A stretch of 64,000 nucleotides of DNA from the human T2T-CHM13v2.0 reference genome, Homo sapiens. Positions 16,095 through 29,937 of the stretch are shown in pieces (position 1 is the first letter of the stretch; the number at the start of each line of letters is the position of its first letter). The stretch lies in assembly GCF_009914755.1 (NCBI RefSeq), contig NC_060947.1, one strand, 5' to 3'. The notes below the pieces were generated by a model. It was not told where the DNA came from. It worked only from the letters and a program-made list of their open reading frames with translations, and made no database searches. The translations under genes and the position numbers were made by a program.

Positions 16095-16480
16095 TTCTAG
16101 GGAGATGCCTCACTCACTGATAAGGTGACATCTGAGCAAAAACCTGAGTTTAAGGGAGTGTGACATGCAGATAGCTGGAGGAGGAGCATTCAGGCAGAGG
16201 GAACAGCCAGGGCCAAGACCCTGAGGCAGGAGTGTTCTTGGCATTGCTGGAGGAAAAGCAAGGAGGCTGGTGTGGCTGGAGCAGAGTGAGGAGGTCAGAG
16301 AGGTAAAGGGTCAGGAGCTGAGGGTCAGATCATATGGGGCCATATAGACCGTGTTAAGGGTCTGCATGTTATCCTGGAGGCAATGATTGCCAATGGCAAT
16401 AGTTGGCATCATTAAGTTTTTATTTTCTGAGTCTCACTCAGCTGCACTGTGGAGGATGGATTAGAAAGAGGTGAGAGGAA
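16095..16480 (-). mobile_element. L2 LINE fragment (continues after the Alu to ~16960)
   Basis: aggtgacatctgagcaaaaacctga...caggcagagggaacagccagggccaagaccctgaggcagg is typical antisense L2. Confidence 0.7.
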
Positions 16481-16899
<419 letters not shown>

Positions 16900-17046
16900 T
16901 TATATGAGATGGAAGTTGTACCTCAGGAGGAAGAACTGGGTGGGAAATATAGTCTGTGAAGTCACCAGAACATAGGTGGTAAATTCTGAGATTGGCTAAG
17001 GTCACCGGGGAAGATAGTATGGACTGAGTAGAACATGGGATTTCTT

Positions 17047-17547
17047 CTTTCCTTCTTTCCTTCCCTCCTTCCTTCCTTCTTCCTTCCTTCCTTCCTTCCC
17101 TCCTTCCTTCCTTCCCCTCTGTCTCTCTCTCTCTTTCTTTCTGACAGTCTTGCTCTGTCACCCAGGCTGGAGAGCCGTGGCGTGACACTGCAGCCATCAT
17201 CTCCCCAGCTCAAGTGATCCTCCCACCTCAGCCTCCTGAGTAGCTGGGACTACACCTGTGCACCACAACATCAGGCTAATTTCTTTTTAAAATTTTTTGT
17301 GGAGATGAGGGCTTGCTATGTTGTCCAGGTTGGCCTCGAACTGAGTTCAAGTGATTTTCCTGCCTCAGCTTCCCGAGTAGCTGGTATTACAGGCCTGCCA
17401 CCATGCCTGGCTAATTTTTGTATTTTAGTAGAGATGGGGGTTTCACCATGTTGGCCAGGCTGGTCTCGAACTCCTGACCTCAAGTGATCCGCCTGCCTTG
17501 GCCTCCCAACATGCTGAGATTACAGGTGTGAGCCACCGTGCTAGGCC
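17047..17547 (-). mobile_element. Trimeric/chimeric Alu (AluS 5' part fused to AluJ) with a (TTCC)n/(TC)n tail
   Basis: Three Alu arms, with the perfect TSD agaacatgggatttctt at 17030-17046 and 17548-17564. Confidence 0.88.
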
Positions 17548-18837
17548 AGAACATGGGATTTCTTATCAGCAACCCCAGATGCAAAAGACAGGGCTGACAA
17601 ATATCTTTAAAGTGCTGATTACAAACAACTTTGGACTTAGACTTTATTCCCCAAAAAACCAAGTCAAGAGCCAGAGTCTCTTCCAGCACTTTGGGCTCTC
17701 AGGGACCCTTCAGTGTGTTCCTGGCCACCTTTCCAAGCACTAGCTTCAAAACACGCCAGTCACAACAGCCTTCAAACTCTGGTGGCCTCTCAAGTGTGGT
17801 GTATTCAACACCATGGACCCCAATGGGACAGAAGAAAGCACACCCAGGTGCAGGTGGCCCTTAACACTAGGTCTTGAGGGCTGAGTTTCTATATCATGTC
17901 TGGGCTTGCTGCTGTATAACTCTGTGGCAGATTCTTTACTTGGCTTGCGGCAAGGAGACCTGTCCACAGCAAAAAGCATGAAAAAGACAAAAAAGCTATG
18001 TACTCATATGGGAGTCTAAATGTGGCAGGGAGTAAGAATTAATTCTCTCTGCTGTGCCCTCCTCCAGTTTCCAAAGCCTTTTGGTTGACCAAGCAGGGCC
18101 CAAAGGCTGCTGGCCTGGACAGCCACCTCATGGGCTTGCTCATGTGTTGAAATGCAGGAGATCATTTCCAGCTGGTTTTTGGGAGGAGGGGCTTTTGGGG
18201 AGGCCAGTGCAGAAGAGAGGGAGGAGGAGGATGGAGAGGAGGAGCTGTCTGCTGCCATGAAGGGCTCGAGTCCCTAGCAATAGAAGCCTGAGGGCCTAAA
18301 ACCAAGCAATTGTTTCCTAAGGGACTTCCTGCACCTCTGGGCAAAGGCAGAAGGCCAGATGCTGGGGAGACCTCACAAGAGTACTTGTAGACTTGAACAG
18401 AGCTGTCTGGGGCCCAGATGACAGAGGGGACACAAGCTTCACACTTCTCTGACTCCATGAGAACTAAAGCTTGGGGCCATCTGGAGGTAGCCCAAGGTGC
18501 ATGCAGCACTGATACTCTCGCCACGGCCCTATCATCATGTGGAGGGAGGCAAGTCTCTTTCAGGGAGCTTTCAAATCAGCTCTTCACTATCCTCCTACTT
18601 ACTCCCTTTCTGCTCCCTCACCTCCTCCTCCTCTTCCAAGGATCTCCTAAGGCAGTTAGGGAGGAAGAACTTGGCAGACTGCATGGTGACCACAGCTAGC
18701 CAACTGGTTTGTGATGACTCCCAGATAAACAGAGGGACCTGTTTTAAGGGTTTGGTTCCTGTTAGGGCAGGTTTGTAGGAAGATAAGCGTCTTTTTCACT
18801 TATGCTCAGATTACAACACTTTCAACACTTTGGAGTC

Positions 18838-19332
18838 CATATTAATTTTCTACTGCTGCTGTAACAGATAATCACAAATTTAGTGACTTGAGACAACACA
18901 CATTTATTAGCATACAGTTCTGGGCATCAGAAATATAATACAGGTCTCATTAGGTGAAGATCAAAGTGTCAGAGGGCTGTGTTTCTTCTGGAGGCCCTAG
19001 GGGAGACTATGTTTCCTTGCCATTTCAAGCTTCTCGAGGCTTCCTGCATTCCTTGGCTAGTAGCTTCTTTCTCCATCTTCAAAGCCAGCAAGTTTTGGCT
19101 GAGTCCTTCTCACGCTGCCATTTCTTTGATTCTCTGACCACAGCCAGGAAAGCATCTCTGCTGATGAAGACTCCTATGATTAAATTGGGCCCATGCAGAT
19201 AATGTCCTCATCTCTAGGTCCTTAGTCTTAATCACATCTGCAAAGTTCTTTTTGCCATGTGAGGTAACATATTCACAGATCCTGGGGATTTGGATGTGGG
19301 TGTTTTTGGTGGCTGTTATTCTGCCTATCACA
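18838..19332 (-). mobile_element. MLT1 (C/D-like) MaLR solo LTR
   Basis: ctgctgctgtaacagataatcacaaatttagtgactt...ttaatcacatctgcaaag...ctgcctatcaca. Confidence 0.82.
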
Positions 19333-19407
19333 GAGTCCTGGCCTGTGAGGCCAGGAAACATTTGCATTACTCAGATGTTCCAACAATCCATGGTGTTGGC
19401 TTTGGAG

Positions 19408-19582
19408 CAGAGGTAGAATGACCGTGGAGCTGGTGAAGCTGAAACTTCAGGGCTCCTCATTTGCTTGTGTGCACCTATTCCAAGCCCTCAGTTTTGTAGG
19501 CATAATTGTGTGCTTTATTTCTCAAAGAGGGCCACCACGATTACAGAAACTTGAGGCCCCACAAAACCTGAAGGGGGTCCTG
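19408..19582. mobile_element. hAT-Tip100-class MITE (subfamily uncertain)
   Basis: accgtggagctggtgaagctgaaacttcagggctcc...aacttgaggccccacaaaacctg resembles hAT MITE ends, by recall only. Confidence 0.45.
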
Positions 19583-20069
19583 TTCTGGAATGTGTGTGTG
19601 ATGAGACAAATGGAGTGCCCCCAGGAGGCCCTTGGGGGGCAAGGTGTGGTGTGGTCTGGCCCACGATGAGCCCGTGCTTCTGGCTGTTAAGTGAGATACC
19701 AAAAGGAAGAGTTTGGAGAAGCATCTGGGGAGGAGGTTAAGCTGTGGCTCAAGGGGGTGGCAGAGATTTCTGAGGAGGAAAGGAAAAGAAAAGTAAAGAA
19801 GGATTTGTTTCAGAAAAAAGAGAAGTATTGAAAACGGGGCAGGGGCATTTTTGCTGGGTGATGTGCTTTGTGAGCCTGCCCTTCATTGCTGCTCAAATGT
19901 CAGACATTCGCTTAATGCTTGAGGAGCTGGATTTGTGCTTTTGAGCTTCTGTGGAAATGGGTTGCCAGGCTGAAACAGGCCTCCAGGCAGGCAGAGAAAG
20001 AGCAAGGACACTCTGAGAGTCAGGAACATCAGGTTCATGTGCTCTTTCATTCATCAAAAAGGATCCCAG

Positions 20070-20334
20070 AGAAGCCAGAAACAAGGGCCTCATATTGTAT
20101 GATTCCACTTACATGAAATGTTCAGAATAGGCAAATCCATGGGGCTAGAAAGTAGATTAGTGGTTGTCAGAGGATAGGGAGAGGAGGGAATTGAGACTAA
20201 CTGCTAATAGATATGAGCTTTTTTTGGGGGGTGATGGATATTTTTGGAATCAGTAGTGATCATTATACCACTCTGAATATACTAAAAACCACCGAATTGT
20301 CAGCATTTAAAGGGTAAATTTTATGGTATGTGAA
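20070..20334 (+). mobile_element. L1MB 3'-end fragment interrupted by an MST LTR
   Basis: tattgtatgattccacttacatgaaatgttcagaataggcaaatccat...actaaaaaccaccgaattgt. It resumes as gaattatatctca after the LTR. Confidence 0.8.
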
Positions 20335-20748
20335 TGATATGGTTTGGATTTGTGTCCTTGCCTAATCTCATGTTGAACTGTAATCCCCAATGTTGGAGGC
20401 GGGGCCTGATGGGAGGTAATTGGATCATGGGGGTCATCCTTCATGAATGGTTTAGAACCACTCTCCTGGTGCTGATCTTGTGATAGTGAGTGAGTTATCG
20501 TAAGATCTGGTTGTTTAAAAGTGTGTAGCACCTCCCACCTCTCTCTCTTGCTCCTGCTCCTACCATGTAAGAAGCCTGCTCCCCCTTTGCCTTCTGCCAT
20601 GATTGAAAGCTTCCTGAGGCCTCTCCAGAAACAGAAGGTGTTATGCTTCCTGTACAGACTACAGAACCATGAGCCAAATAAACTTCTTTTCTTTATAAAT
20701 TACAGTTTCAGGTATTTCTTTATAGCAATGTGAGAATAGATTAAAACA
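20335..20748 (+). mobile_element. MSTA-like MaLR solo LTR
   Basis: TGATATGGTTTGG...AATAAA...tatagcaatgtgagaatagattaaaaCA, with 5-bp TSD-like gtgaa/gggaa. Confidence 0.88.
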
Positions 20749-21737
20749 GGGAATTATATCTCACTTTTTAGAAAGGGGTCTCTAAAAATTGGCTGTGCCT
20801 AAAACTCAAGGAAAATACACTATGAAAACCCATTTTTGAGAGCTGAAAGGCTACTTATTCCAATACTCCAGTGAGGCTTCTTTCAAGCATCACTGCTTAA
20901 AACAGGCCAAGGTTCCTCTTGTCATTCCTCTGAGTTCATACCTCCTCTGAAGGTCAGAAAACCTGTGCCTTTATACAGCTTCCTTTGTAAGCAAATATGG
21001 GGTTGACAGATCTTCAAACTTTTTGGCTTTCTGATTCTCCTGCTTAGCAAGATAGGGCATAAGGAATAAGTATATACTGATACTGTGATATAAGCAAAAA
21101 AGGTTAATTCACAGAGGTTAGTGACAGCAAGAATAAAATGAATTGTTAAGACTAAAGCAAACCAGAGCCAGTTAATCTTTACAAGTCTTCCATGTTTTGG
21201 AATTTCTTTGCAACATCAATCTTCATCCTTCCAGAGGATCATGAAAATCATAGGTAGTAAAGTGCTTGACTATGTTTTTCTATTGATTTGTACTTTTCCC
21301 ACTTAGATTTACAACTCTCAGTGGGATGATTTAATAAGCCATTTTGGAGATATGGCTTGGCACAAGGTAAATTACACCAGCCTGCAGGCTCTATTTACTG
21401 CTCAATCTTCACTATTGTAAAGGTGACTTTTGAGACAATTTCAGGTCACCAGCCTCTATTAGTCGTCCATTAGTATCCAGAAAATAATTTTGGGTGAGAT
21501 GATTTGTGAGCTGCATAGAAACACACCTATTAGTGTCAGAGGATAAAGGCTGTTTAAACGTGCTTGGGCAGTATACAAAACAAAGTCTGAAAACCGAAAA
21601 CACTCTATTGGAGGGAAAACCTAGTAAGATTTTCTTCTGATATATGATATTTCATCTTGTCTTTTATATTCTGTAGCATGTGAAATATAACCAATCAGGG
21701 ACTCTTAGTTAATTTGGTGGTCCACAAGAAGCCATGG

Positions 21738-22280
21738 TGTGATAGATGGATTTAAAAATGTTTCTAAATCTTTACACACCTAACACCACCACCACCACTA
21801 CTCCCTTTCCTAACCTGTGAAATGTGAGTTTGAAGTTCCTCTAATAAAGAAGTGGGGTCTATTTTCTTTGCTCTTGAAAAGGGCAAAGAAAAGTCTGGTC
21901 TTATAACTTGCTTTAGCCAAGGCAATATGGCAGAAGTCACTCCCTTCCATTCTTTCCCTTGGAAACTTGCTGAGATGTGAACAAATCCCAGTTAACCTGC
22001 AGACGATAAGAGCCACATGGCCTGTTATTCTTATTACCACTGCCAACAATCAGCCGACTGGCCAACATGTGAAAAAAAAAAATCTTAGACTGGCCAACCC
22101 CCAGCCTACCTGCCAGCTCTCAACAGATGCATATACAAGCCAGCCAAGATTAGCTAAGTCTAGCCCAAGTTAGCAGACCCATCCAGGTGACCCATGTACT
22201 GTTGATCAATAATAAATGCTTATTGTTTTAAGCCACTGAATTTTGGGATGCTTTGCTATACAGCAATAGCTAATGTCACA
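21738..22280 (+). mobile_element. MLT1 (G/H-like) MaLR LTR
   Basis: TG start and a 3' end aataaatgcttattgttttaagccactgaattttggg...cagcaatagctaa. Confidence 0.75.
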
Positions 22281-22879
22281 ACGTGCCTTTTGTGGTGCAA
22301 ATGTTTTACTCCCTCTCTGTGGAACAGTTTAAACTTCGTTGCCTTGGCTGAAATCACTGAAACCCTGGCATGTTCAGAAGCCATCAGATGCTCAAGGGAA
22401 CATATACCTACCCTTGCTACTGCTCAAATAACAAGGAAGAAAGTAGATGGAGACAGCAACACATCTTTGGGATCCTGTAGCTAGCATGAAGTCTGGTGGG
22501 GGCAGGTGGGGGGCAGTTGGTAAGAAATTTAGAATTTGCAGAAAACTAGAAAGGAGAATATAAAATACATTTTCACTATAAAGTTAAAAAAACTGTTATT
22601 ATTTTGTAATATTTGTTTCAACCACTATTTGTAAGACAAAAAAAAAATTATATTTGGCTAAAGTTCCCTTTAACCATTACCTGGGTCTCAAGCCCCTGCC
22701 TTTCTTCCACAGGCAAAAATAGCCTGAGTGTGGTATAGTGTGGACTCACATTGTACAATGAAACTTTTTGCTCTTTTACTCATCATAGTTTTGACATACA
22801 TATATATATGACATACATCCATATGTATATATACATACATGTATAACATATGCATAAATATGTAAATATGTGTTTTACT

Positions 22880-23110
22880 TATATACATGTTTAGCTTAAT
22901 ACTTTCAACTGCTGTATGACAGTCTATCACATGGATGTAATAGCCTGTATTAATTCCTTTACCATTGTTGAATATTCAGATTGCTTCCAAATTCCCCTTT
23001 TACTCATACATAGTGCTGAAATAAATAGCACTTGTATATAATTCCTTGTATTCAAATGCCAGTCTTTCTCTAGGTCACACACCCAGAATTCTGGATGGTG
23101 GGACACATAC
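22880..23110 (-). mobile_element. Old L1ME-like fragment
   Basis: ccattgttgaatattcagattgcttccaa...gctgaaataaatagcacttgta. A related piece lies at 24530-24620. Confidence 0.5.
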
Positions 23111-24130
23111 TTTTTTGCATTTTCTAGAGTCTAAATTTATCCCACCAGACAGGAACCTGGCTTTATAAGATTTCCTTGATGGTAAGTTTCAGAGTCGTTG
23201 TCTTATGGGACAAATTTATAACACAAGAAGCTAAAATAAAAGAAAAGCTAGATGGAAACTTGAAATCTCTTTGAAATGTTCTCCAAATGGACAAACATAT
23301 CACATTAGATCATTTCTGAGAAGTCTCAGATTCATTATTCAATAAGGCAAACCAGTTCTTTTGTTTTGTTTTGATTTTCTCAATGGAGAAGTCAAGTTTA
23401 AAATCTTGTATTTTACCGTGCCAAGACATGGTATGGTAAACATACCATGGTATGATCATGGTCAAGTTCAAACAACTTTCCCTCTGTAAACAGAACATTA
23501 CTCTTGTTGCTTAAGTAGTAAGTAGCTAAGTGCTCTTAGATTTTTACACAACCCCGTCAAAAGTGAATTAGCACACAAGAAGCCTGCCGTCATAATAAAT
23601 GTTCTTCTCAACAAATTGTGTGTACCCTTTGTCTTCTGGGCTCAGTGCAAACCAGCTGATCATAACAGGATGGTGTCAACATCACCCTATTCTTTCGGTT
23701 TGTAACCATATCTGAGAGCTGCCTGAGGTTTTCTTGGTTTATGTCAGTTTACATTATAGATATTTTATAATGGAGACGCTCTTAGTTTTAAATTCTTACA
23801 ACTGGTGATAAGAATTGCTGTTTTGTAGAAGTAATACTATATCATGCACTTTGTATAGAAAAATGAGGAGAAATAAAACTATGGGAAAGCGACATCTTTG
23901 TCCTCAAAACTCCCAAGCCAGCCCGATGACAAAATGTTGATTAGTCCAAGTAATAAAATAATTATATTAATGAAGTGAAATCCTGCTGGCTTCCAGAAAT
24001 CACTCTGAAAGGAACCTCTAACGCTAGTTTTTTAGTTCTTTCCTTTAAGATTTGGGCAATCAAGACTCTGGTTTTTGAAATATCCTGCATGTTTTGTACA
24101 CGTGAGGGGAATTTTATAAAGAGATTTCAG

Positions 24131-24513
24131 GTGCTGTCAGTTTTTCGGCGATTATCGGGCAGCTCCAAATTCATCGCTTTCTGCTGTGCTGAAAACTCCT
24201 TTGCTCTCTTGCTTCCTGTTGTGTTTTGCCAGCAGGGGGCACTGGAGAGGGACAACTGGACGGGAGAGAGGGGTTCATCTCGATTGGCTTGCTGCTTCGT
24301 CAGGATGCAGGGGCGCTTCACTCTGGCTGCAGCGGCTGGTGGCAGCCTCCAACTTCTTTCCGCACTTCCAGAAGCATCCTCCTGGGGCCGGTCGGTCACA
24401 CCGGCAACAGCTGGGAGGCGCCCCTTCCTCAGCGGCCTGAGCTTAGCCTAGCGTCTCCTCCTCTAAACCCCTGCTCCCAGCAGCAGCCGGGTAGCCCTCC
24501 CTCCTCCGCAGGT
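24131..24513 (+). mobile_element. ERVL LTR, LTR50/LTR41-like, CpG-rich
   Basis: cagctccaaattcatc, gcttcctgtt...gccagcagggggcactggagagg and gcgccccttcctcagcggcctgag match the recalled LTR50 layout. Confidence 0.65.
24229..24242 (+). promoter_or_regulatory. CTCF core motif
   Basis: CCAGCAGGGGGCAC is an exact match to CCASYAGRKGGCRS. Confidence 0.7.
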
Positions 24514-24698
24514 ATCAACATCTATAAACATTTTTAAAGTCCTTGATACATTTGCCAAATTGCTTTCCAGACGAATTATCGTGATTTACACTCTCACTGG
24601 TTATGTGCGAAAATGCTTCCAGAAACCCCCTCCCATACGATTGTTGCTAATTAACTAATCATTGTCTTTGGTTGATTTTTATATTTAACTCTTGAATT

Positions 24699-24800
24699 CA
24701 GTGGTTCTCAAATGCTAGCTCCAAGACATGCTGCATCAGAATTATGGGGGAATATAGAGTCCCAGAGCTTACCTCTGGAGATTCTGATTCTGTTGAAGCT
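24699..24800. mobile_element. MER5-like fragment
   Basis: cagtggttctcaaa...gcatcagaatt...gagattctgattc. Confidence 0.5.
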
Positions 24801-25303
24801 TTCTGAAATTAATTGCATAACTTTTCATGTTTTTATATTCAAACTTCTGAGTTTTTGACTTGGAATTATCCAGGCCCTGAAAGTTTGAACCAAATCTACT
24901 TCAAAATCATCAGGGCCCACAGTTCTGGCATTTGAATACAAGTTTCATGGCTTGCCCAGTTTCCTCATCTGAAAACTCCATGAACTCTCTTATGGGATTT
25001 TTCAGATTGTTTACTACTTGCTGACTTTTTTTTTTTTTTTTTAAATAAAAAAGGGACTTAAAGGAGAATGTCGAACCTGAACCTCAATTGGGGTAACTGC
25101 ACCGGATCGCTATAGCAAAGGGAAGACCTTGTTTCTGTATTTGTGCTCCCTCTCACCCCTGGCTAGAGCCTCTTACTCTAATTAATACTTTCACCAAAAC
25201 CTAGAGCCTTGGTTCCTATGTTCAAAAGCTTTTAGAATGGCATATTCTATAGTTTTCCTTATGTCAAGGAGTGGGCCTGAGATATTTCCTGAAAAGAGAG
25301 TCT

Positions 25304-25361
25304 TTGTGAGTACTGATAGACCATGATGGAAGTTGTGAGTACTGATAGACCATGATGGAAG
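25304..25361. repeat. Perfect 29-bp tandem duplication
   Basis: ttgtgagtactgatagaccatgatggaag repeated twice. Confidence 0.95.
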
Positions 25362-25637
25362 TTTTACTTTGCCTCTGTTTGCCCTCTAAGGTTTATGACA
25401 CTTTGGTTTTTTAATATAAAATATAAAATGTGGAAGCGGGATGCCTATGGATTCTGAGTATCCAGAATCAGTGTTTGTTTAGTGGTATCTAATTAGGAAT
25501 GCTATCCATGAGGATGTCAGTGGCCCAGGAGAAAAAGATACAGTAGCTCCAGCTCTTTATTACCTTGGTGAAGGTTGTCACAGTGATGTGGGGAGGCCAA
25601 ATTTTAGAACGTGAAGGAAAAGTGACCCCAGCCTCTA

Positions 25638-25855
25638 TCACTTAGCAAATTACGACCTGTGGGCCAAATCAGGCCTCCTGCCTGCTTTTCTAAAGTTTTA
25701 TGGAAACACAGCCACACCCTTTCATTTAAATAGTGTCTGTAACTGCTTTCAAGTTATAATGGCAGAAGTTGAGTGGTTGCTACAGAGACTGCATGGCCTA
25801 CAAAGCTAAAAATATTCATTATTTGATCCTTTACAGATAATGTTTGCTAAGCCTG
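25638..25855 (-). mobile_element. MER58A
   Basis: gcaaattacgacctgtgggccaaatc...aacacagccacacc...cagagactgcatggcc...tttgctaagcctg. Confidence 0.8.
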
Positions 25856-26374
25856 ATCTAGATTTTCAAATATATTACAGCTGTGCCTGCTTAGTTATTT
25901 CTTGCAGTTTCAAAGGATTTTTTTCAGCAGCTGCTATTTTAACATTCATAATTCATTTAATGGACATTTTCCTCATCCCTTTCTATTGATTATATTTGGC
26001 AAAGCTATTCTCTTTATATATATATGTATTTTTTTTTTCAAGAAACTTGCACTCTTGGGCTTGTAAATAATGCTATGGTTTTCTATTTTCTAATATATTT
26101 GTTTTGATGCTTTAATTATTTCCTTCATCCTACTTATAGACTTAAAAAATCCTTGTCTAAATATATTAAGGTAATTATTATTATTTTTGACCCAACTAAC
26201 TCCCATTTCTTTTAAAATTATAGGAAACTAATATTTTCCAAATATAAAAACAAACTAAAAACAAAAAGACACAGACACATCAAAGCACAGATAAAAGGGG
26301 GAAAAAATCATCCAACATCATGATGCCATAGCTCGTCACCATAACTATTTTGGAGTTTTTCCTTCTAGTCTCTT

Positions 26375-27020
26375 TTTTAAAAAAAAATTAAGTTTTTTAA
26401 TAGTAAAGAAACACAATAACATAAAATTAACCATTGCAATCATTTTTTAAGTGTACAGTTCAGTAGTGTTAAGTACATTCACATTGTCGTGCAACAGATC
26501 TCTAGAACTTTTTCATCTACCAAAATTGAAACTCTGAACCTATTAAACAAGTCCTCACTTCCCTTTTCCCCCAGCCTCTGGCAACCACCATTGTATTTTC
26601 ATCTCTATTAATTTGATGACTCCAGGTACCTCATATAAGGGGAATCATACAGTATTTTTCTTTCTGTGACTGCCTTATTTCACTTAGCATAATGTCCTGA
26701 AGGTTTATGTTGTTGTAGCATGTGTCAGAATTTCTTTTTATTAAAGCTGAATAATAATCCATTGTATGGATAGACCACATTTTGTTTCTGTTGGTAGACA
26801 CTAGGGTTGCATCCACCTCTTGGCTATTGTGAATTATGCTGCTGTGAACATGGGTGTGCAAATATCTCTTTGAGATCTTGCTTTCAATTCTTTTGGATAT
26901 AGAAGTAAAAGTGGGATTGCTGGATAATATGGCAATTCTGTTTTCATTTTTTGAGAAACATCCATGCCGTTTCTGGTAGGCACTGTACCATTTTGTCTCC
27001 TTTATGAGGCACAAGTGTTT
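26375..27020 (-). mobile_element. L1MA/L1MB 3' portion (ORF2 C-terminal remnant plus 3'UTR)
   Basis: ORF 26631-27014 shows L1 ORF2 tail residues (KMWSIHTMDYYSA; IMLSEIRQSQKEKYCMIPL). Confidence 0.88.
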
Positions 27021-27679
27021 CAGTGGTTAGTTCAACTCATCATTTTCTTTAAATAAAATTTAAATAAATGTTGCCTAACTGAACCCCCTTTTCTATGCCC
27101 CATGGAAAATGCAATCCCCTGCTCGAAATGTCTGTCTTGAAGACTTTTATTGTCATGTTTGCATCAATTTCTTCTCTTATTGTTTTCCTCTATTTTCTCT
27201 TTTTTCTGGGAGTATTTCTCAATTTTTATTCTTATATTACTAGTCAATTGTAAATCACCTGCCACCAGCTAACTTAAATTTAACAATGTTTTTTATTTCC
27301 TTGAAGTCTCTTTCTCCTGACCTGCTTGCTTTTTAGTAAGACAAATAGATTGAGAAAAGAAATGCTTTCTTAAAAAATGAGATTCTGAAAACCCTGACCA
27401 CTTAGCTCGTGGATTAAAAAAAATCTTTTTCTCAGCATTTAGATGAGATTTTGTATCTTATTGCTGTTGCCAGATAACTTTGCTTTTTCTTTGAGTCTCC
27501 ATGTCTTACATGCAGTTTATGAGAGACATTTTTCATCCAATCTGCTCACACTGCCATCTGAACAGAATGATGTTTCTTGCTTTTAAGATATAAAAGAAGA
27601 CGATAGAGTTGTCTTGTTTTAGAACTATTTTAAAATATCCTAAAGAAAGTTTGAAATACTAAATGGAACATCAAAACTT

Positions 27680-28115
27680 TGAGTTCATTTATTGCTGCAT
27701 AATGACAGTTTGGTGGTTTAAAATGATGATTTATTCTCCCCACCCTGTTGGTTGCCTAGGCTGAGCTAGGCAGTTCTTCTCCTCCACACTGTTGGTTGTG
27801 GCCACTCCTGGGGTTGCATTCAGCTGGGAGCTTATCTGCAGCCAGGATCTCCAAGATGGCTTCACTCAAAGACTGGTACCACAGCTGGTGTATCTGGGAC
27901 TGGCTGAGCCTCTCTTTCCAGCAGAGGAGACAAACTCTCCACATGGTGATTCAGGGCTCCAAGAGGGAAAGCAGAAGCTGACAGGCCTCTTCTACCATAT
28001 TGTGCTGCCAAAGCAAGTCACAAGACCACCTTATATTCAAGGGAAGGGAAAATAAACTCCAGGTCTTGATGGCAAAGGCAGACTACTTGGCAGCCATATT
28101 TGCAGGGAATATACC
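27680..28115 (-). mobile_element. MLT1 (H-like) MaLR LTR
   Basis: attgctgcataa...tccaagatggcttcactca...aaagcaagtcacaagacc. Confidence 0.7.
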
Positions 28116-28231
28116 AAAACTTAATATAAATTCCTTTAATTTTCTCCAGGAAAATCAGATATTGAAATTTTACATATGTTATTTATTGTGCCATAGTGAT
28201 AGTGAGGGTAAATAATGAAATGTCTAGTGTA

Positions 28232-28480
28232 TTAGTCAGCAGATATTTTCTGTCAAGGGCCAGGTAGTAAATATTTTAGGCTTTGTGGGCCATAAAGTCT
28301 CTGTTGCAACCACTCAACCTCTGCCATTGTAGTGTAATAGCAGCCAGAGGTAATACATAAATGAATGGGCGTGGCTATGTTCTAATATAACTTTATTTAC
28401 AAAAACAAACAAAAAAACAACAGAAAAACAGGTGGCAGGCAGGATTTGTCCTGTGGATTTTATTTTTCTGACCTCTGGTC
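28232..28480 (+). mobile_element. MER58A
   Basis: aagggccaggtagtaaatattttaggctttgtgggccata...gggcgtggctatgttctaat. Confidence 0.82.
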
Positions 28481-28509
28481 TAAATAAATAGTGTTTTTCC
28501 TGCATTCTA

Positions 28510-28926
<417 letters not shown>

Positions 28927-29937
28927 TTATTTTCGTATCATCTGCATCATCCCCTACTAATAGCATCAAGCACCATGTATTGAATCTGTTTATTACTTGA
29001 GGGTACACATGGAGGCACAACATTTTTCCTTACTTAATTACCATTGCTTTTTAGATTCCATAAAATCATTTAATGTCCTGGGAAAAAGGATATTTGATAA
29101 CGTGAAATGCTATTTGGTAAGCAAAAGACAAACAGTGGGATAGTTGCTATTTGCAGAACACATTTACTAGCTTTATGTTCCCATGACACCAAATATTTGA
29201 GTTCTTGGGTTCTGAATAATGAATCAAAAGGAAAGTTATGACTTCAAAACCCTCTTGACCACTTTTTAGTAGTTAGTACTTTTTTTAACTTCTGCACTTT
29301 TCAGCAAACTCTTAACATCTCTTATTTCATTGGTGATACTTTGGTGCTTTATGAGGTCACATTTTATTTTTTCCTTGCAAATGAGACACCAGCATAGAAA
29401 TACTTCTCATCTTGCTGCCCTCTGGGCTTTGTTTTTCTCTAATGTTGAATGACAGATACTAACAGTCTGTAAGAGCTAGTGTGAAAATGCTGCCTTTTGT
29501 GGTTGTGTCGTCATATTTTCCAGCCTGCCACCCGGGCCAGGCTGTCACCACGCACCTGCAGAGTGAAGGAGTTTCAGGCACGGTTCCAGGCCTCTGCTTC
29601 CTGAGATGGTGCAGCAGAGGTTTGGAGGGAGGTGCGTGGCCCAGTGTGCTCCCCGGGGGAAATTGTGAGAAAAACCCACGTCTCTCTGGAGAGTTGCTTT
29701 TACAAAGTACCTATTTGGTAAGTGTGAAGGGACTTGATTAACTTCTCTTGTGTATCCTTGTCCATATAGCTCATGTGTTAAAATAGCTCTGGGCATTCAG
29801 TGTTCATTGCTTCACACAGACAACATGTGAACTGCTTTAGACTGAAAATTTATACATCACTAGAATAGCAGTTGTTGCCTGAGCTCCTCCTACTCCTGCC
29901 ATAGAAGTTATCTCAGCTCCTCTGCCTGACATGAGTC

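Noticed and set aside
23975-24537. Overlapping 85-158-aa ORFs suggesting a processed pseudogene
   Set aside because: They are explained by the GC-rich ERVL LTR, with no recognisable protein, poly(A) tail or TSD.
26631-27014. 127-aa ORF as a gene
   Set aside because: It is a degenerate L1 ORF2 C-terminal remnant.
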